The notes under the pieces: generated by a model | What the model was told of the DNA's origin: nothing | The model's input: only the letters and a program-made list of their open reading frames with translations | Database searches by the model: none | From: Sandaracinaceae bacterium | GTDB taxonomy: Bacteria > Myxococcota_A > Polyangia > Polyangiales > Sandaracinaceae | NCBI GenBank assembly: GCA_044220955.1 | Contig: JBGAQA010000033.1 | Location: forward strand, 1-64,000 | Length of the DNA stretch: 64,000 nucleotides | Direction of reading: 5' to 3' | Program-made: the position numbers and the translations under genes | In this document: positions 31,223 through 40,140 of the stretch, piece by piece | How the letters are laid out: each line of letters starts with the position of its first letter | How positions within the stretch are numbered: the stretch's first letter is position 1

Positions 31223-32728
31223 GTGCAACGTCTCCTCGTCGCGTGCCTGGCGTGGGTGCTGCTCGGCTGCGGTTGCGGGGCGGCGACGCCCACGCCGGCG
31301 GATGGCGGGGAGGACGCGACGCCGGACGCGGGCGGCGTCGCCGACGTCGGACCCAGCGTGGATGCAGCGTACGAGCGGCCCGCGTGGCTCCCGCCACTGA
31401 GCGGCGCGTGTGGCGCGTGGACCGCCGACCCGGCCGATCCCGCGACCTACGACACGCGGCCTGAGCTCGCCCACGCGCTCGCGCAGATGCACTGCCGTCA
31501 CGCGGTTCGCTGCAACGACCTCGTCGAGGCGCTCGCCTGTGATCCCGTCCGCGTGACCGACGGCGCGCTGCGTGGCGAGGTCGATCTCGCGCGGGCGGCG
31601 CAGTGCATCGCCGCGTGGGACAGCGCGCCGTGCGAGGACTCCGGAGCGGGCACACCCGAGCGGTATCGGGTCTGCCAGCCGCTGGAGCAGGGCGTGACCG
31701 CGCCCGGCGGCCTCTGCACGGAGCAGAGCGACTGTGCGGGGCTCTGTCGCAACGAGTCCTTCGCGACCTGCGAGGGCGCCTGCCTCTCGGACGCCGAAGC
31801 GCGCTGCGACGCGGGCTGCCCGCCGGGGCAGCTCTGCTCGGTCGGTCGCTGCGTCATGCCCGTGCCCCACGGCGAGCCCTGCGTGCCGGGCCGTCCGTGC
31901 GCGCTCGGCTCGCGCTGCCGCGGCGACGTCTGCGAGCCGTACCCAGGGCTGGGCGAGCGCTGCGCGCAAGACCTCGGCTTCCCGCCTGGCTTCTGCGACG
32001 CCGGCTTGCTCTGCGACGTCGACGGCCGATGCCGCACGCAGCACACGGTCGCCGTCGGGCAGGCCTGCGGCGGCGCTTCGATCTGCGCAGACGGCTCCTA
32101 CTGCGATGGCGTCTGCTTCGCGCTCGGCACGTCCGTCGGGGACGACTGCATCGCCGCGGCCGACCCGAGGCACGCGCTGCGCTGCGTGCCCCCCCTCTAC
32201 TGCGCCGCGAGCCCCGGCGGGCCGGGCACCTGCCAGCCGCGGCGCGCCGCGGGTGAGGAGTGCGACGCGAGCGACGCCTGCGCGGATCCGGATCAGCGCT
32301 GCCATCCGGTCGACGACGCCGCGTCCGCGCGCTCGGTGTGCGCGGAGATCGTCGGCCCCGGCTGCCCCTGCGGCCCGGCGGCGCTCTGCCCATCGCAGTA
32401 CGAGTGTCACGAGGGCGCGTGCGCACACGTCGCGACGATCGTCCACCCATGCAGGCTCGACGGCGGCGGCAGCGACGAGTGCTTCATGCGCGGCGGCACC
32501 TGTGACGACGGCGTCTGTGTGCCGCACCTCTTAGGGGATCGATGCTCGCCCGCGCCCTTCCACCTCTGCCTCGAGGGAACGTGCGTGAACGGCTGGTGCG
32601 TGGCTCCGGGCGAGACGGGCGACCCATGCCGCGCGGACGCCGGATGCAATCACCCCGAGACCTGCGTGCGCGGGCGCTGCACGCCGCCCCCCGGCGTGAG
32701 CGAGTGCCCTCCGGTGACGCCACCCTGA
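31223..32728 (+). CDS. Cys-rich repeat lipoprotein
   Basis: LLGC lipobox; shares ACGAW..D..DP.TYDT..ELA and VGPGC.C with the previous gene. Confidence 0.8.
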   Translation: MQRLLVACLAWVLLGCGCGAATPTPADGGEDATPDAGGVADVGPSVDAAYERPAWLPPLSGACGAWTADPADPATYDTRPELAHALAQMHCRHAVRCNDLVEALACDPVRVTDGALRGEVDLARAAQCIAAWDSAPCEDSGAGTPERYRVCQPLEQGVTAPGGLCTEQSDCAGLCRNESFATCEGACLSDAEARCDAGCPPGQLCSVGRCVMPVPHGEPCVPGRPCALGSRCRGDVCEPYPGLGERCAQDLGFPPGFCDAGLLCDVDGRCRTQHTVAVGQACGGASICADGSYCDGVCFALGTSVGDDCIAAADPRHALRCVPPLYCAASPGGPGTCQPRRAAGEECDASDACADPDQRCHPVDDAASARSVCAEIVGPGCPCGPAALCPSQYECHEGACAHVATIVHPCRLDGGGSDECFMRGGTCDDGVCVPHLLGDRCSPAPFHLCLEGTCVNGWCVAPGETGDPCRADAGCNHPETCVRGRCTPPPGVSECPPVTPP

Positions 32729-32800
32729 CGACGGCGGAGTCGACCGTCTCTCCGCTCGCTCCATGGAGGCCGTCCGGAGCCGACGTCGGTCGCGGCGGGG

Positions 32801-33874
32801 TCAGCGGCCGCCGGCTCCCGCGGTGAGCGTCGCGATCGTTCCGTCCGGGCCCACGGCGAACGCGACGTCGCCGACGACCCGCACCGCGTTCAGCGGCAGA
32901 TCGTCGACGGGCTGCCAGCTCGCGCCCTCGTCGTACGAGACGTCGGTGCCCGAAGTGCCGACGACGAGCAGCGCGCGGCCCGCCACGGCGATCGAGGAGC
33001 GATAGCCGCGCGGCGCCGCACCGGCCGACCACGAAGCGCCGCCGTCCCCCGTGCGCGCGAAGCTGCCGGGCGCGGACGGGGCCGCGTAGTCGCCGCCGAC
33101 GGCGTAGCCCACGCGCACGTCGCGGAACGCGATGGCGAAGGTCCCGGCCGAGGGCGAGCCGGGGATCGGCACGGCCGCGCTCGTCCACGCGCCCTCGCCA
33201 CTCGATCGGAGCACGCGCGAGCCGCTCGTCGCGAAGAGCGTCGTGCCGTCCGTCAGCAGCGCGATGCACCCGTTGCTCGCGGCGAACGCGGCCTCACCGG
33301 GCTCGGCGAGCGGTCCGGTCCCGTCCACCCACGTCCGCCCGCCGTCGTGCGTACGCACGATCGCGAAGCGAGGGCCCTCGGGCGAGGGCATCGGATCGCC
33401 GAGTGCCAGGCCCTCGTCGCCGTCGAAGGCCAGGGAGTCGAAGAACACACCCTCTTCGACGCGCGTGTAGGCCTCCATCCACGACTGGCCGCCCGTCGTC
33501 GTGACGAACGCTCTCGCGGGGTTTCCGGCGGAGAGGACGACGGCGCGGTCGGCGTCGAACGCGTGCAGGCTGCGGAAGTCGAGCGCAGCCGTGCCCTCGA
33601 TCGCGCGGCTTGCCCAGCTCGCGCCGCCGTCGATCGAGCGCAAGACCGCGCCGTGGGCGCCGCTGGCCCACACCACCTCGCGCGAGGGGATCGAGAGACC
33701 GCGCAGGCTCTCGCTCGTCCCGCTCGGCAGACGCGTCCACCGGGGCGCTCGCGCCGTGACCGCCTCGCGCGGCACGCCTCCGCACGCGACGAGCACGAGC
33801 GCGAGCGCGAGCGGCGTCGTGCCGGGAAGCCGACGCCGTGGCGGGATCGGTCCGGTTTGATCAGAAGAACGCAC
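32801..33874 (-). CDS. YCF48/BNR (Asp-box) beta-propeller lipoprotein (start uncertain)
   Basis: Asp boxes SIDGGASW, TTTGGQSW, THDGGRTW, TGDGGASW, SYDEGASW; EAAFAASNG. Confidence 0.8.
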   Translation of the reverse strand: MRSSDQTGPIPPRRRLPGTTPLALALVLVACGGVPREAVTARAPRWTRLPSGTSESLRGLSIPSREVVWASGAHGAVLRSIDGGASWASRAIEGTAALDFRSLHAFDADRAVVLSAGNPARAFVTTTGGQSWMEAYTRVEEGVFFDSLAFDGDEGLALGDPMPSPEGPRFAIVRTHDGGRTWVDGTGPLAEPGEAAFAASNGCIALLTDGTTLFATSGSRVLRSSGEGAWTSAAVPIPGSPSAGTFAIAFRDVRVGYAVGGDYAAPSAPGSFARTGDGGASWSAGAAPRGYRSSIAVAGRALLVVGTSGTDVSYDEGASWQPVDDLPLNAVRVVGDVAFAVGPDGTIATLTAGAGGR

Positions 33875-35222
33875 TGGTGATGGGCGCGGCTTCCTCGAGC
33901 TGCGCGGCGAGCCCGAGGAGACGTCGGTCGTCGCGGCGGTGCATCACCACCTGGACGCCGATCGGCAGCCCTGCCTCGCTCACCGCGAGCGGCAGGCTCA
34001 GGGCCGGCTGACCCGACACGTTGAAGGGTGCCGTCCACGCGCCGATCGGCCCGACCGCGTGGAACGTCTCTTCCCCGCCGAGCCCTGCGAACTGCCCGAC
34101 CCGCGGGGGTAGCACGCACGAGACGGGCAGGATCCACGCGTCGACGGCCTCACCGAACCAGGCGTCGACGCGTGCCTCGAGCATCTCCTTGGCCGCGGCC
34201 GCGGTCTGCGGGCTCGTCTGGGCGCCGAGCTCGAGCATCCAGCGCGTGGTCGGCTGCACGAAGCGCCGCGCGATCGGGATCTGCGGGATGCTGCTGATCA
34301 TCTTGCTCATCACGGGCAGGAACTCGTCGACCCTGCCCTCGAGCGGCTCGCCCTCCTCCACGCGGTGGCCGAGCTGCTCGGCGAGGCGCGCGGCGCGGCG
34401 AACGGCGGCCTCCACCTCCGGATCGACGCGCGCGATGCGCGAGCGGGCGCTGAAGCGGATCGAGAGCGAGCGTGGCGGCTGCTCCGTCGCCGCGCGGAAC
34501 GAGCGAACGTCGGCCCGCTCGCTCGTGTCGCCGGCGAGCCCATCGAGCAGCATCGCGGCGTCGCGCACGGTGCGCGCCAGCGGTCCGACCGCGCTGATGT
34601 CGTGCGGGTCGACGGCATGATGCTCGTGGAAGAGCGCGTGACGGCTCGGCTTCACGCCGACGAGGCCACAGAACGACGCGGGGACCCGGATCGAGCCTGC
34701 GCCGTCCGACCCGGGTGCGATCGGGATCATGTCGCTGGCGACCGCCGCGGCCGCGCCTCCGCTCGAGCCGCCCGAGTAGTGCTCGAGCGCCACGGGATTG
34801 CGTGTGGGCGGCCCGAGCTCCGTGTCGACGAAGGGGAGGATCGTCATCTCGGAGCAGCTCGTCTTGCCGACGAGGATCATCCCCGCCGCACGACATCGCC
34901 GCGCCACTTCGCCGTCGACCGGCGAGCGCAGGTAGCGGTACATGCGCGAGCCCGCACGCGTGCCCATGAGCCGCATGTGCTCGTGGTCCTTGATCGCGGT
35001 CGGGATCCCGGCGAGGGGAGAGAGGCTCTCGCCGCGCCGGCGGCGCGCGTCGATGCGGGCGGCCGCGCGCAGAGCGCGACGCGCGTCGAGCTCGACGAAC
35101 GCCCCGATCCCGGGGTCGCTCCGCTCGATGGTGGCGAGCGAGGCCCGGGTGAGCTCCACGGACGAGATCTCTCGGCGGGCGAGGCGGCGAGAGAGATCGA
35201 GGACGGAGGTGACGAGCGCCAC
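33861..35222 (-). CDS. Amidase signature family enzyme
   Basis: AIKD, GGSSGGAAA, GSDGAGSIRVPASFCGLVGVKPS. Confidence 0.92.
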   Translation of the reverse strand: MALVTSVLDLSRRLARREISSVELTRASLATIERSDPGIGAFVELDARRALRAAARIDARRRRGESLSPLAGIPTAIKDHEHMRLMGTRAGSRMYRYLRSPVDGEVARRCRAAGMILVGKTSCSEMTILPFVDTELGPPTRNPVALEHYSGGSSGGAAAAVASDMIPIAPGSDGAGSIRVPASFCGLVGVKPSRHALFHEHHAVDPHDISAVGPLARTVRDAAMLLDGLAGDTSERADVRSFRAATEQPPRSLSIRFSARSRIARVDPEVEAAVRRAARLAEQLGHRVEEGEPLEGRVDEFLPVMSKMISSIPQIPIARRFVQPTTRWMLELGAQTSPQTAAAAKEMLEARVDAWFGEAVDAWILPVSCVLPPRVGQFAGLGGEETFHAVGPIGAWTAPFNVSGQPALSLPLAVSEAGLPIGVQVVMHRRDDRRLLGLAAQLEEAAPITSAFF

Positions 35223-35231
35223 GATCGTCCG

Positions 35232-35462
35232 TCAGCGATGCACGCGTGTCGCGACCAGACGCCGCGTGGCCGCGCTCACCGCCACCTCCATCGCCTCTTC
35301 GCGGGTCTTGCCACGCCCGCGAGCGACCGTCGCCCCCGGGCTGACGTTGTCCACCTTGCAGATCCACGTCGCACCGATGCGGTACGTGGTCACGCCCGCG
35401 GGCCACCCCCCGAGCGTGACGACCTCACGCTGGTGTTCTTCTGCTTTCAGCGGGTCCACCAT
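35232..35462 (-). CDS. Small hypothetical protein (76 aa)
   Basis: CAGGAG RBS; CKVDNVSPGATVARG; co-oriented between rhodanese and amidase. Confidence 0.7.
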   Translation of the reverse strand: MVDPLKAEEHQREVVTLGGWPAGVTTYRIGATWICKVDNVSPGATVARGRGKTREEAMEVAVSAATRRLVATRVHR

Positions 35463-35526
35463 CGAACTCCTGTCGTCCCGACGCGGCGCGATGCCCTCCG
35501 GGCTCGTGATCCGTTCCGGGGCTCGC

Positions 35527-36375
35527 TCACCGCTTCCCCCCGACCTCGATCGGCGCCCTCACGAGGTTGCCCCACTCGGTCCACGAGCCGTCGTAGTTCA
35601 TGACCTCCGTGCGGCCGAGCAGGTGGCGCAGGACGAACCAGGTGTGGCTGGAGCGCTCGCCGATGCGGCAGTACGCCACGATGGGCTTGTCGTCCTTCAC
35701 GCCCTCGCCGGCGTAGATCGCCTCGAGCTCGTCCCTCGTCTTGAAGGTGCCGTCCGGGTTGCAGGCCGCCGCCCAGGGCACGCTCGCGGCGCCCGGGATG
35801 TGGCCGCCGCGCTGGCACGTCTCGGGCAGGCCCGGGGGTGAGAGGATCTCGCCCGAGTACTCGGCGGGGCTGCGCACGTCCACGAGATGGACGGCACCCG
35901 CCTCGACGAGCGGACGCAGCCGTTCCAGCACGATCCGCTGCGCTTCGTCGACGTCGGGGACCACGTAGCTCGAGCGCGTCCGCGTGGGGACGTCGAGCGA
36001 GAGCGGGCGTCCCTCGGCGAGCCACTTCGTGCGACCACCGTTCATCAGGCGCACGTCCCGGTGCCCGTACATCTCGAGCTGCCACAGCGCCCACGCCGCG
36101 AACCAGTTGTTGTTGTCGCCGTAGAGCACGATGGTCGTGCCCTCCCCGACGCCAGAGGCGCGGAGCAGCTCCTCGAGCTGCGCGCGCGGGAGGATGTCGC
36201 GTAGGTGCCGGTCGCAGAGCTGCGTCGTCCAGTTCCACGCCAGCGCGCCGGGCACGTGCCCCTCTTCGTAGGCGTAGGTGTCGACGTCGACCTCGACCAC
36301 CAGCACCCTGGGATCGCCGACGTGCTCCTCGACCCACGCGGTGGTCACGAGCGAGTCGGGATGGGAATACGACAT
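35527..36375 (-). CDS. Tandem-domain rhodanese/thiosulfate sulfurtransferase
   Basis: GHVPGA, DVRSPAEYSG, active loop CRIGER, YDGSWTEW; AAAGGA RBS. Confidence 0.92.
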   Translation of the reverse strand: MSYSHPDSLVTTAWVEEHVGDPRVLVVEVDVDTYAYEEGHVPGALAWNWTTQLCDRHLRDILPRAQLEELLRASGVGEGTTIVLYGDNNNWFAAWALWQLEMYGHRDVRLMNGGRTKWLAEGRPLSLDVPTRTRSSYVVPDVDEAQRIVLERLRPLVEAGAVHLVDVRSPAEYSGEILSPPGLPETCQRGGHIPGAASVPWAAACNPDGTFKTRDELEAIYAGEGVKDDKPIVAYCRIGERSSHTWFVLRHLLGRTEVMNYDGSWTEWGNLVRAPIEVGGKR

Positions 36376-36476
36376 GAGCCGAGCGTCCTTTCCGGAAGCG
36401 AGCGGCGATTCTAGATGGCGGGCGCGAGGAAGAAAACGCCCCCGCCGAGCGTGTCTTCCGCGATAGCCTGCGAGCG

Positions 36477-37859
36477 ATGTCCTCCTCGGATGCGCCCGCG
36501 AGACCGCCGGAATCGGCGGCGAAGAGCGCAAAGGCCTCGCCCGCGACCCGGAGCGCGCACGGGACGCTGTATCTGCAAGTGCTCGCCGGGATCGTGCTCG
36601 GCGCGCTGCTCGGCTGGGTGCGGCCCCACTGGGGCGAGGCGCTCCAGCCGCTCGGCGACGTCTTCATCCGCATGGTGAAGATGCTCATCGCGCCGATCGT
36701 GTTCGCGACCGTGGTGCACGGGATCGCGGGCGTCGGCGATCTCCGCCGCGTGGGTCGCGTGGGCCTGAAAGCGCTGCTCTACTTCGAGGGGATGACGACG
36801 GTCGCGCTCTTGATCGGGCTGGCCGTGGTGCACGTGCTGCAGCCGGGGGCCGGGTTGCACAGCGACGCGTCGTCGCTCTCGACGGACGCGGTCCTGGCGC
36901 AGACGCACGGTCGCGAGGCGATGACCTTCACGCAGCACCTCACCAACATCGTGCCCGAGAGCTTCGCCTCCGCCTTCACGAGCGGCGAGATCTTGCAGGT
37001 GCTCTTCGTGGCGATCCTCGTCGGCCTCGCGATCGCCGCGATGGGCGAGAAGGGCAAGCCCGCGCTGCACGCCATCGACACGATCGCGGGTGTGCTCTTC
37101 CGCGTGATCGCGCTCGTCATGCGCCTGGCGCCGATCGGCGCGTTCGGAGCGATGGCGTATACGGTCGGTCACTTCGGGCTCGCGAGCCTGGGGAACCTCC
37201 TGGCCCTGATGCTCGGCTTCTACGCCACGGCGCTCACCTTCGTCGTCGTCGGGCTCGGGACCGTCTGTGCGCTCGTCGGGATCTCGCTCTTGCGCCTGCT
37301 GAGGTACCTGCGCGAGGAGCTGCTCGTGGTCCTCGGAACCTCGAGCAGCGAGTCGGTCCTGCCGCGCCTGATGGACAAGCTCGAGGCCCTCGGCTGCGGC
37401 GGCTCCGTGGTCCGGCTCGTGGTGCCGACGGGCTACTCGTTCAACCTCGACGGGACGTCGATCTACCTCACGATGGCGGCGATCTTCGTGGCCCAGGCCA
37501 CGGACACGCACCTGACGTGGGAGCACGAGGCGACGCTGCTCCTGGTCCTCTTGCTCACGAGCAAGGGGGCCGCCGCCGTGACGGGGGGCGGCTTCGTGAC
37601 GCTCGCCGCGACGCTGCAGGCGACCGGAGCGATCCCGGTCTCGGGCCTCTCCCTCCTGGTCGGCGTCGACCGCTTCATGAGCGAGGCGCGCGCGATCACC
37701 AACATGATCGGCAACGCCGTCGCCACGATCGTCGTCGCCCGCTGGGAGGGCGAGCTCGATCTCGGCCGGGCGCTCCGCGTCCTGGCCGGCGAGGATCCGA
37801 CCGCGGCGTCGAGCCCCGTTGACGGCGCGGCCGAGGCCTCGCAGGCTCGGCCCACGTGA
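36477..37859 (+). CDS. dctA: C4-dicarboxylate:cation symporter
   Basis: TLYLQVL, GTSSSES, PTGYSFNLDGTSIY, SKGAAAVTG, DRFMSEARA. Confidence 0.92.
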   Translation: MSSSDAPARPPESAAKSAKASPATRSAHGTLYLQVLAGIVLGALLGWVRPHWGEALQPLGDVFIRMVKMLIAPIVFATVVHGIAGVGDLRRVGRVGLKALLYFEGMTTVALLIGLAVVHVLQPGAGLHSDASSLSTDAVLAQTHGREAMTFTQHLTNIVPESFASAFTSGEILQVLFVAILVGLAIAAMGEKGKPALHAIDTIAGVLFRVIALVMRLAPIGAFGAMAYTVGHFGLASLGNLLALMLGFYATALTFVVVGLGTVCALVGISLLRLLRYLREELLVVLGTSSSESVLPRLMDKLEALGCGGSVVRLVVPTGYSFNLDGTSIYLTMAAIFVAQATDTHLTWEHEATLLLVLLLTSKGAAAVTGGGFVTLAATLQATGAIPVSGLSLLVGVDRFMSEARAITNMIGNAVATIVVARWEGELDLGRALRVLAGEDPTAASSPVDGAAEASQARPT

Positions 37860-37882
37860 ACCGGGAGACCGGAGACGCAGGC

Positions 37883-38437
37883 ATGATGTTGCTCCGACGC
37901 CTCATCCCCTTCGCGATCGCCGTGGCGATCCTCGTCGCCACGCCCGCGGCGCGCGCGCAGGAGGTCTCGGGGGCGCTGAACGCCGGCCCGATCGTCTCCG
38001 ACGGCGACGTCGGCGGGGGTGGCTGGCTCGACCTCTGGGCGGCGTTCGACTGGTTCCGGATCGGCGGCATGGCCGGCGCGCTCACGATCCCGTCGTCGCG
38101 CGACTCGCACGATCGCTTCGCGACGCCCTTCGCGCTCTCGCTCGCCGCCGTCGCCGACCTCGGCGACGTCTCGCTCGAGATCCGGACCTATGGCGGCATG
38201 TGGGGCGGCGCGACCCAGGAAGTGAAGATGACCGCCGGGGGTTTCCTGGGCGTCGGCGGGTTCCTCGCCGCGCACCTCGGCGGAGGCGTGAGCCTCGGCG
38301 GAGGCCTCGAATTCTGGGGCTTCCTCGGCGCCGGAGAGACCTGGGCCCTGGCGCCCACGCTCACGCTCACCTTCGGGCCTCCGCCAGTGACGCCCACCGC
38401 AGCGACCACCCCCGGATCGGAAGTGACGAACCCATGA
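37883..38437 (+). CDS. Secreted beta-strand-rich protein (possible small outer-membrane barrel)
   Basis: Signal peptide ARA|Q; about eight Gly/aromatic alternating strands. Confidence 0.6.
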   Translation: MMLLRRLIPFAIAVAILVATPAARAQEVSGALNAGPIVSDGDVGGGGWLDLWAAFDWFRIGGMAGALTIPSSRDSHDRFATPFALSLAAVADLGDVSLEIRTYGGMWGGATQEVKMTAGGFLGVGGFLAAHLGGGVSLGGGLEFWGFLGAGETWALAPTLTLTFGPPPVTPTAATTPGSEVTNP

Positions 38438-39144
38438 GCGAGCTCGAGCGTCCCGCCGTCACGATCGACGTCGTCGAGGATCGCACCTCCAGCACCCCTA
38501 GCGACGGCGGCTTCGTGCGCGTGCGGCGGCTGACCCTGCGCAACCGGTATTCGCAGGGCTCCGATCCCAGCCGCGACTACCCCTACGACTGCGTCGAGCG
38601 CACCGCGACGGACGCCGTCGGCATCGTGCTCTACGCACGCACGCCGGATCGCGTCTGCCTGCGCTCCTCGATCCGCCCACCGATCTCGCTGCGCCCGACC
38701 TACGCGCTGCCGATCGCCGCAGCGAGCGGCGACCCGACGCTCTTCGAGATCCCGGCCGGGCTCGTGGAGCCGGACGAGCACGGAGAGGAGGGCCTGCGCG
38801 CCTGCGCCGCGCGCGAGACGATGGAGGAGGTCGGGCTCGAGCTCGCCCCCGACGCGTTCTTCCGCCTCGGAGCGGGCGTGTACCTATCGCCGGGTCTGTG
38901 CGCCGAGAAGCTCTACTTCCTCGCGGCCGAGGCCGATCCCTCGAGCGCGCGCCCGCCGACGATGGACGGCTCTCCCGTCGAAGAGGCCGCGGTGATCCGG
39001 TGGATCATGATCCCGGAGGCGCTCGAGGCCTGCCGGAGCGGCGAGCTCGAGGACGCCAAGACCGAGGTCGCGATCCGCCGGCTCGCCGAGCACCTCGCCG
39101 AGGACGGCGGGCGGACGACGGATCCAGGCGGGCACGGCGAGTGA
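38434..39144 (+). CDS. NUDIX hydrolase (ADP-ribose pyrophosphatase-like)
   Basis: EIPAGLVE...AARETMEEVGL, SPG, DAKT. Confidence 0.88.
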   Translation: MSELERPAVTIDVVEDRTSSTPSDGGFVRVRRLTLRNRYSQGSDPSRDYPYDCVERTATDAVGIVLYARTPDRVCLRSSIRPPISLRPTYALPIAAASGDPTLFEIPAGLVEPDEHGEEGLRACAARETMEEVGLELAPDAFFRLGAGVYLSPGLCAEKLYFLAAEADPSSARPPTMDGSPVEEAAVIRWIMIPEALEACRSGELEDAKTEVAIRRLAEHLAEDGGRTTDPGGHGE

Positions 39145-40082
39145 CGGGACGCGGCGAGCGTCGATCGACCCGCGCGGACGCGCCCGGCGCGCGCATCCTC
39201 GTCGTGTACAAGAAGAGCGCGTTCCAGACCAACGTGCGCGAGCGGAAGAACCCGCGCTTCCTCGAGCTCTTGGCCCGCAAGGACGCCTCCGTCGCGCGCC
39301 TCGTCGAGGCGCACGAGGATCACCAGGCGACGCTCGAGGAGACGCACGAGGCGCTCGACAGGCTGGGCGTGCGCGCGACGTTTCGCTTCCGGGGCGACGA
39401 GGGCCTGGTCGAAGACTTCGACCTCGTCGTCACGGTCGGCGGCGACGGAACGCTGCTCTGGGCTGCGCGCTGGGTCGGGCCGGGCACGCCCGTGCTCGCG
39501 ATCAACTCCGCCCCGCACGACAGCGTCGGGCACTTCTGTGCCGGCAAGAAGGGCCGCGTCCGCACCGCGCTGGCGCGCGCGCTGGACGGGAGACTCCGCA
39601 AGACCGAGCTCTCGCGCATGCAGGTCGCGCTGGACGGCGAGATCGTGACGCGCCGTGTGCTCAACGACATGCTCTTCGCGCACCTCTCACCGGCGGCGAC
39701 GTCGCGCTACCTGCTCACCCTGCAGACCCGGCGCGGCCACGACCGCACGGAGGAGCAGAAGTCGAGCGGCATCTGGATCGGCCCCGCCGCGGGGTCGACG
39801 GCGGCGCAGCTCTCGGCCGGCGGACGCGTGCTGCCGGTCGCCTCGCGCAAGCTGCAGTTCGTCGTCCGCGAGCCCTACCAGCCCCGTGGCCGCCGCATCG
39901 CGATGACGCGCGGGCTGGTCGACGAGGGGGGCCGCCTGCGCATCGTCAGCAAGATCCGCGAAGGGAGGCTCTTCATCGACGGGCCGCACCGCATGCGAGA
40001 CGTGCGGATGGGCTCGGAGATCGAGCTCTGCCGGTCGAACGAGCCGCTGACGCTGCTCGGAATGCCCAGGGCGGCGCGATGA
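39141..40082 (+). CDS. nadK: NAD(H) kinase
   Basis: GGDGTLL, LNDML, KSSGIWIG, GSTAAQLSAGG; 4-bp overlap with the NUDIX gene. Confidence 0.88.
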   Translation: MTGRGERRSTRADAPGARILVVYKKSAFQTNVRERKNPRFLELLARKDASVARLVEAHEDHQATLEETHEALDRLGVRATFRFRGDEGLVEDFDLVVTVGGDGTLLWAARWVGPGTPVLAINSAPHDSVGHFCAGKKGRVRTALARALDGRLRKTELSRMQVALDGEIVTRRVLNDMLFAHLSPAATSRYLLTLQTRRGHDRTEEQKSSGIWIGPAAGSTAAQLSAGGRVLPVASRKLQFVVREPYQPRGRRIAMTRGLVDEGGRLRIVSKIREGRLFIDGPHRMRDVRMGSEIELCRSNEPLTLLGMPRAAR

Positions 40083-40140
40083 TGATCGGCCTCTGGCCGC
40101 TGGGTGTAGACTGGACGCCTCCCGCGTCTGTCGAGCTGCC

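Noticed and set aside
24309..40082. nadE, NUDIX and NAD kinase as one NAD island
   Set aside because: nadE is about 12 kb away with unrelated genes in between
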